Both the position numbers and the translations under genes were made by a program. A model generated the notes under the pieces. It did no database searches and had not been told where the DNA came from. It saw only the letters and a list, made by a program, of their open reading frames with translations. A stretch of DNA of 39,061 bases from Armatimonadota bacterium (lineage in GTDB: Bacteria; Armatimonadota; Zipacnadia; Zipacnadales; UBA5352): NCBI GenBank assembly GCA_034722055.1, contig JAYENL010000113.1:1-39061 (forward strand). Direction: 5' to 3'. Positions 33,952-39,061 of this stretch are shown piece by piece. Within the stretch, counting starts at the first letter, position 1; each line of letters starts with the position of its first letter.

Positions 33952-35184
33952 CTACTGCAGCGGAGCGCGGTTTGGGACGACGACGATGCCGCTTTCGGTA
34001 ACTGTGAAGCGCTCTCCGTCGCGCTCCGGGTCGTAGCCGATTGCGATGCCATCAGGCAGCACCGTGGACTCCTCCACGATAGCGCGGCGCAGGCGCACCC
34101 CCTTGCCGATGCGGGTCCCGCCCATGACGACGCTCTCGTCAACGTGGCTCTCGTTGTGAATCTCAACGCGGGGGCCGATGATGGATCGCTGGACCTCGCC
34201 GCCGGAGACCACCACGCCCGGGGCCAGCAGCGACTGCTCGAATCGCCCCATGGTGCCCTCGGTGGAGACGCAGATCTTGGCGGGTGGGCGATGACCGGTG
34301 CCCGAGCGGATCGGCCAGGCCGTGTCGTAGAGGTCGAACTCAGGGTAGCGGGCAATGAGGTCCATGTTGGCGCGCCAGTAGCTGTCGAGGGTTCCCACGT
34401 CGCGCCAGTAGCCGTTGCCGGGCTGCCCCTCGCTCTTGATGTTGTAGCTGAAGACGCTCTGCTCGTCGATCAACCTGGGGATGATGTCGTGGCCGAAGTC
34501 GTGGCTGCTGTCGGGGCTCTTGGCGTCGCGCACCAGTGCCCGTACCAGCACCTCGGTGTTGAAGAGGTAGATGCCCATGGAGGCCAGGCAGCGGTCGTCG
34601 GCGCCGGGCATGGGCCGGGGGGCGTCGGGCTTCTCGGCGAAGGCCTCCACGTGTCCGCTCTGGTCGGTGCTCATGACGCCGAACTTGCCGCCCTCCTCAA
34701 GGGGCACGTCGATGGAGACGATGGAGGCGTCGGCCTGGCGAGCGATATGCTCCTCCAGCAGCAGGGCGTAGTCCATCTTGTAGATGTGGTCACCGCCCAC
34801 CATGAGCACCCATCTGGGGCGCTCCTGCTGGAGGATGTACAGGTTCTGGAAGACGGCGTCGGCGGTGCCCAGGTACCAGCGGTTGGGCAGGCGCTGCTGG
34901 GGTGGGACGATCTCCACGTACTCGCCCAGCTCGGGGCTGAGGATGCTCCAGACCTCGCGGATGTGGCGGTTGAGGGAGACGGACTCGTACTGGGTGAGCA
35001 CATAGATGCGGCGGAAGTAGGAGTTGACGCAGTTCGAGAGCGTGAAGTCAATGATGCGGTAGACACTGCCGAAGGGCACGGCGGGCTTGGCCCGACGCTC
35101 GGTGAGTGGTCGCAGCCGCTGGCCCTGCCCCCCGGCAAGTAACAGTGTGAGGACGTCGCCGGTCTGCTCTCTGGTCAGAGCCAA
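33952..35184 (-). CDS. glgC: Glucose-1-phosphate adenylyltransferase (ADP-glucose pyrophosphorylase)
   Basis: LAGGQGQRLRPLT..RAKPAVPFG..YRIIDF, WYLGTADAV, GDHIYKMDY, EKP, ASMGIY, HDFGHDIIP, YWRDVGT; probable TTG start at 35184. Confidence 0.96.
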   Translation of the reverse strand: MALTREQTGDVLTLLLAGGQGQRLRPLTERRAKPAVPFGSVYRIIDFTLSNCVNSYFRRIYVLTQYESVSLNRHIREVWSILSPELGEYVEIVPPQQRLPNRWYLGTADAVFQNLYILQQERPRWVLMVGGDHIYKMDYALLLEEHIARQADASIVSIDVPLEEGGKFGVMSTDQSGHVEAFAEKPDAPRPMPGADDRCLASMGIYLFNTEVLVRALVRDAKSPDSSHDFGHDIIPRLIDEQSVFSYNIKSEGQPGNGYWRDVGTLDSYWRANMDLIARYPEFDLYDTAWPIRSGTGHRPPAKICVSTEGTMGRFEQSLLAPGVVVSGGEVQRSIIGPRVEIHNESHVDESVVMGGTRIGKGVRLRRAIVEESTVLPDGIAIGYDPERDGERFTVTESGIVVVPNRAPLQ

Positions 35185-35230
35185 CTGGTCCGGCCCCCTG
35201 ACGAGGTGCGAAAGTGTTGGGGTGGTGGTG

Positions 35231-35632
35231 TCAGCGCCTCTGGGTGGCGACTGCGCTCTGTATGGCGTCGAGAAGGGGCTCGAGGTCGGAGCTCTTCTCG
35301 ATGTAGGCGTCGGCGGCCCAGGACAGGAAGTTCTCGGCATACGCCGGGTACGCGGTGTTGATGATCACCGGAACCGACGGGTCGATGTCGAGGAACTCCT
35401 GAAGCGCGCTGAGGCCGTCCCTGCCGGGCATGGCGATGTCGAGCACAATGCAGGCCGGGCGCTCCCTCCGGAGCTGCGCAACGGCGCTGTCGGCGCTCTC
35501 GGCGAGCTGCACCTCGTAGCCCTTGCGCTCCAGCCGCCGGCGGTACATCTCGCGCTGACTGGGATCGTCGTCCACGAACAGGATGCGTGCGTCGCCACTC
35601 TCCTCTGCAGACACCTGGTCACTATCTACCAT
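35231..35632 (-). CDS. Single-domain response regulator (receiver only)
   Basis: ILFVDDD, VLDIAMPGRDG, INTAY, YIEKS; RBS GGAGGAGG. Confidence 0.92.
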   Translation of the reverse strand: MVDSDQVSAEESGDARILFVDDDPSQREMYRRRLERKGYEVQLAESADSAVAQLRRERPACIVLDIAMPGRDGLSALQEFLDIDPSVPVIINTAYPAYAENFLSWAADAYIEKSSDLEPLLDAIQSAVATQRR

Positions 35633-35696
35633 GATCCCTCTCCTCCAATCCGCTCATGGCTTGACCAAGCCCCGCCCTTGATCCCGCTGTGCGGCG

Positions 35697-37496
35697 TCAC
35701 CCTGATACCTCGTTGCCCTCGTCGTCGCCGTCCTGTACGGTGTGCATCTTCGGGATGCGGATCGTGAACATGGTGCCCTGGTCGGGCTCACTCTCGACGT
35801 CGATGTCGAAGCCGTGGGAGCGGACTGTGTCCCAGACCACGGCCAGCCCTATCCCACTGCCGTAGTGCTTTGTGGAGTAGAAGGCGTCAAAGATCCGCTC
35901 ACTGGCCTCCTTCGACAAGCCGGCGCCGGTGTCCTCGATGCGCAGCCAGACATTCTCCTCGTCCTGCCAGGTGGAGAGGGTGATGGCCCCGCCTTCGGGC
36001 GTGGCGTCGGCGGCGTTGTCAATGAGATTCTGCAGCGAGCGGCGAAGGTGGGCGATGTCGCCGCGGACCCGTGGCAGCCCCTCCGCGAGGTTGAGGCGCA
36101 GGTCGATGCCCCGGTCCTCCAGCGCGCTCTCGCAGGCAAGCGCGCGATCCACCACGAGGCTGTTGAGATCGATCGGGCGCAGGTGAAGCTGCCTCTCCGC
36201 CATGGGCTCGAGGAGCATGGAGAGGATCTCCTCGAGGTTGGCGGCCTCATTGGCCATGATCTCGGCGGCGTGCCGCACTACCTCCGGGTCGGAGGGGTCC
36301 TCCTCGAGGTCGCGGGCCCAGCCGCCGATGGTGACCAGAGGGTTCCGAAGGTCGTGGGCGATGCGGGCGGACATCTCGCCGATGGCCGCGAGCTGCTCGG
36401 CCCGAACCAGCTCCGCCTGGGCGTGCTGGAGGCTGGTGTAGGCGGTCTCCAGCTCCTTGCGGCCCTGCTGGATCTCCTCGTAGGCCAGGGCGGACTCGAT
36501 GGCCAGGCCGGCGTGCTGGGCGAAGAGCGTCAGCAGCCGGATGTCGCCGTCGCTGATGGGCTCTCGGGAGTAGCGGTTGTCGGCCATCAACACGCCCCGT
36601 GGCTGGTCGGAGACGATCATGGGCACCACCACGAACTCCTCGACGTTGAGCAGCTCCCGCAGCTCGTCGCCGACCCGCTCGTCCTCGGATGCGTTCTCGA
36701 TCTTGATGGCGCGGCGCTGTGCGGCGGCGAGGACCGGCACCCGGTCGGCGTCATCCTCCATGGAGAAGCGCAGCGAGCGGACCTTCTCCTGCAGGGGCTT
36801 GCACTCCCGCTCGGCCCAGCGTCCGTAGGCGGCCGTGAAGTCGTCCAGGCTGTGGGGCTCGGCGGCCACCCGCGCCCAGATCTCATGGGCCTCCTCCTCG
36901 CTGCTGGGCCCCAGCGCCATGCGGCCCTCCAGCCACTGGCCGGTGGAGTCCACCACCAGCAGCCAGGCCCGGTTGAAGCCGATGCCGCCGGTGCCGGCGG
37001 TGGCACAGGTGAGGACGGCAAAGAGCACGGGATCGATCTCCGTCTCCTGCCGCAGCACGCGCACCATGTCATTGAGGAGGGTCAGCTCTGCGAGGCGGCG
37101 GCCGGTGTCGGGGACGGTGTTGGCCGCGATCATGATCACGCGCCGATCGCCGCCTGAGACAACGGAGACCCGCAGGTCTATCACTCGCTGGGGCTGGCCG
37201 GAACTGTACAGGCGCAGGCCCGGCACCTCCGTGGGCTCGCCGTTCTCAACCGCCTGCGTCAGGGCCCTCTCCACGCCGCTGAACAGCTCGGCGGGGAGGG
37301 CGTCGCGGAGGGGTGTGCCCTCCGGCACCGGAGCGCAGCCGCACACGCGCGACCAGAAGGCGTGGTTGCCCTCGATCACGTTCAGCTCCCGATCCGCCAG
37401 GAGCATGGCGACCGGAACGTGGTTGAACAGCGGGCAGGGGCACGGGATCGCGTCTAGCTCCTGCACCTGCGTTGCGCCGGAATCATGGCCCTTCAC
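35697..37496 (-). CDS. Soluble sensor histidine kinase (PAS-like, GAF, HisKA, HATPase)
   Basis: GAF GFNRAWLL...VVVPMI...GVLMADN; H-box AHDLRNPL; NLIDNA, DTGAG, FDAFYSTK, GSGIGL; no TM segment evident. Confidence 0.92.
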   Translation of the reverse strand: MKGHDSGATQVQELDAIPCPCPLFNHVPVAMLLADRELNVIEGNHAFWSRVCGCAPVPEGTPLRDALPAELFSGVERALTQAVENGEPTEVPGLRLYSSGQPQRVIDLRVSVVSGGDRRVIMIAANTVPDTGRRLAELTLLNDMVRVLRQETEIDPVLFAVLTCATAGTGGIGFNRAWLLVVDSTGQWLEGRMALGPSSEEEAHEIWARVAAEPHSLDDFTAAYGRWAERECKPLQEKVRSLRFSMEDDADRVPVLAAAQRRAIKIENASEDERVGDELRELLNVEEFVVVPMIVSDQPRGVLMADNRYSREPISDGDIRLLTLFAQHAGLAIESALAYEEIQQGRKELETAYTSLQHAQAELVRAEQLAAIGEMSARIAHDLRNPLVTIGGWARDLEEDPSDPEVVRHAAEIMANEAANLEEILSMLLEPMAERQLHLRPIDLNSLVVDRALACESALEDRGIDLRLNLAEGLPRVRGDIAHLRRSLQNLIDNAADATPEGGAITLSTWQDEENVWLRIEDTGAGLSKEASERIFDAFYSTKHYGSGIGLAVVWDTVRSHGFDIDVESEPDQGTMFTIRIPKMHTVQDGDDEGNEVSG

Positions 37497-38565
37497 CTGG
37501 CACAGTCACCTCCCCTGACCGCGTCCTGGGCTCGGCGTCTGCTATCAAGTCGCGCAGAAACTGCGCGGCGTCCTCCGGGGCCACAGGGTTGATGTAGAAC
37601 CCGGTGCCCCACTCGAAGCCGGCTATCTGCGTGACGCGGGGCAGGATCTCAATATGCCAGTGGTAGTCCAGCTCCAGCGTGGACCAGTAGTGCGGCCTGC
37701 CGGGGCGCCTGGTGGGGTTGGGGGCCACGTTGACCACGAAGTTGTAGGAGAGCGCGCCCAGTGCGGGCCGCAGATAGGCCAGGCACTGGTGTATGACGCG
37801 GGCCAGCGAGGCCCGCCCCTCCTCGTCCACGGCGCAGAAGTCGTGGGAGTGCGCCCTGGGATAGATCGCCAGCTCGAAGGGGAAGCGCGAGGCGAAGGGA
37901 GCGAAGGCCACGAACTGCCCGTCGTCGATGACGATGCGATCCTCCAACGCCAGCTCCTGCGCCACCACATCGCAGAAGATGCAGCGCTCCTTGCGCTCGT
38001 AGTATGCCAGCGCCGCGTCCAGCTTGCTCTTGACCCGTCGAGGCGTGACCGGCACGGCCATGATCTGGGAGTGAGGATGGCTCAGCGAGGCCCCGGCGTC
38101 GGGCCCGTAGTTGCGGAAGATCACACAGTAGCGGAACCGATCGTCGCGATAGAGGTCCTGGAGCCGAGCCTGATAGGCGAGCAGCACGCGCTGGATCATC
38201 TCCGGGGGGCCGTCCGCCATCCGCCAGGAGTGATCGGGAGCCTCAATGATCACCTCGTGGGCGCCGATGCCGTCCATGAGGTCGAAGATGCCGATGCCGC
38301 GCCGGTTGACATCGCCCTCGATGCGCAGAGCCGGGAACTTGTTGGGCACCACCCGCACCTGCCAGCCGGGCGCGTCGGGCTGGCTGCCGTCGGGGCGCAG
38401 CGCCCAGATCTCCGGGGGCGTCATGCGCTCGTTGCCCTCACACAGCGGGCAGGCCGCGCCGGGCGCAGTGGGCTCGGGGGCCTCGAAGTCCGTGGGGCGC
38501 CTGCCCCGCTCGGCGGCGATGATCACCCAGCGATCAACGATGGGATCTTTGCGCAGCTCGGACAC
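37483..38565 (-). CDS. galT: GalT-family HIT nucleotidyltransferase (galactose-1-phosphate uridylyltransferase / ADP-glucose phosphorylase-like)
   Basis: SELRKDP...WVIIAAERGRRP, CPLCEGNE, VVPNKFPAL, GAHEVIIE, GASLSHPHSQ, CIFCD, YHWHIEILPR, AGFEWGTG; RBS AGGAGG. Confidence 0.88.
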   Translation of the reverse strand: MSELRKDPIVDRWVIIAAERGRRPTDFEAPEPTAPGAACPLCEGNERMTPPEIWALRPDGSQPDAPGWQVRVVPNKFPALRIEGDVNRRGIGIFDLMDGIGAHEVIIEAPDHSWRMADGPPEMIQRVLLAYQARLQDLYRDDRFRYCVIFRNYGPDAGASLSHPHSQIMAVPVTPRRVKSKLDAALAYYERKERCIFCDVVAQELALEDRIVIDDGQFVAFAPFASRFPFELAIYPRAHSHDFCAVDEEGRASLARVIHQCLAYLRPALGALSYNFVVNVAPNPTRRPGRPHYWSTLELDYHWHIEILPRVTQIAGFEWGTGFYINPVAPEDAAQFLRDLIADAEPRTRSGEVTVPGEGP

Positions 38566-38687
38566 GCATAGTCCTCCTCGAAGGCGTCGCGAGCGTTGGC
38601 ATCGACGCTTTGCTCGGCCCGTCGGTTCATGCCGCGAGCAACCGGCTCGGACTCGATGTCCCGCTTACCTGCTGCCCCGCCTCGGTG

Positions 38688-38716
38688 ATTCTCGCCCAGC
38701 CGCGAGCCGGTGTCAA
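38688..38716 (-). promoter_or_regulatory. Putative sigma70 promoter of the galT-HK-RR-glgC-glgA operon
   Basis: Minus strand TTGACA-N17-GAGAAT, about 120 nt upstream of the galT start. Confidence 0.5.
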
Positions 38717-38774
38717 GGGCGACCGGTGGGCGGGGCCCGGTGGTCTCGCACGGACGCATCAGCGACGGCCGGCC

Positions 38775-39051
38775 TGCCGTTACGCGAGCGGTTGTTGTTG
38801 TCGGTGAGACTGCGGCGCAGTCTGCGGAAGCCTCACCTACGCGGTCTGGGCCTGCAGTTGTCGTGCCGTTACGCGAGCGGAAGCTCGCGTGGAGGGGCCG
38901 GACCACCGTCCGGCCCGCCGTTGGTTGCCTCACCCCCTGCCCGAACCGTGGGTTCGGGCATCCCCCTCTCCCTGGCTCGCTCCGCTCGCGGGCGGGAGAG
39001 GGGGCCAACGGCTCACGACAACGGCCGGCGGGTCTGAAGCCCCGCCGCTCC
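38775..39051. repeat. Composite palindromic repeat region (inverted REP-like pair around a CCTCACCCCC...CCCCTCTCCC/GGGAGAGGGG element)
   Basis: +38891-38923 differs by one loop base from 13321-13353; -39019-39051 GGAG-CGGCGGG-GCTTCAGA-CCCGCCG-GCCGTTG; 17-nt direct repeat TGCCGTTACGCGAGCGG at 38775 and 38864. Confidence 0.75.
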
Positions 39052-39061
39052 GGAGGGCACC

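Overview
High-GC bacterial chromosomal segment from a diderm. The DUF6785-type membrane protein, URO-D-family protein and giant secreted glycan enzyme suggest Armatimonadota or a similar lineage (inference only). In order: 5' part of a P-type ATPase; a divergent TPR protein / AmmeMemoRadiSam radical SAM / MBL-hydrolase trio that all carry export signals; nfnAB-type transhydrogenase genes followed by AAC(3)-family and amidohydrolase genes; a degenerate RNase H-like protein; DUF1080, a large hypothetical and an SGNH hydrolase; a cobalamin-riboswitch-controlled exbB-exbD-tonB-btuB-like operon; a URO-D-family gene; a polytopic membrane protein; a YtrA-type GntR regulator with a clear operator; two tandem diverged RelE-type toxin-antitoxin modules; a ~1600-aa secreted PL26/YetA-like protein; and a galT-like / histidine kinase / receiver / glgC / glgA operon. 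The two most striking non-gene signals are (i) an orphan copy of the giant gene's 3' end that sits, with a conserved promoter, between the two TA modules, and (ii) a REP-like family (GGAG + 22-nt hairpin of variable sequence + YCGTT tail) forming mosaics in four intergenic regions. No tRNA, rRNA, CRISPR array, integrase or transposase was seen. All family assignments come from motif recognition by eye, not database searches.
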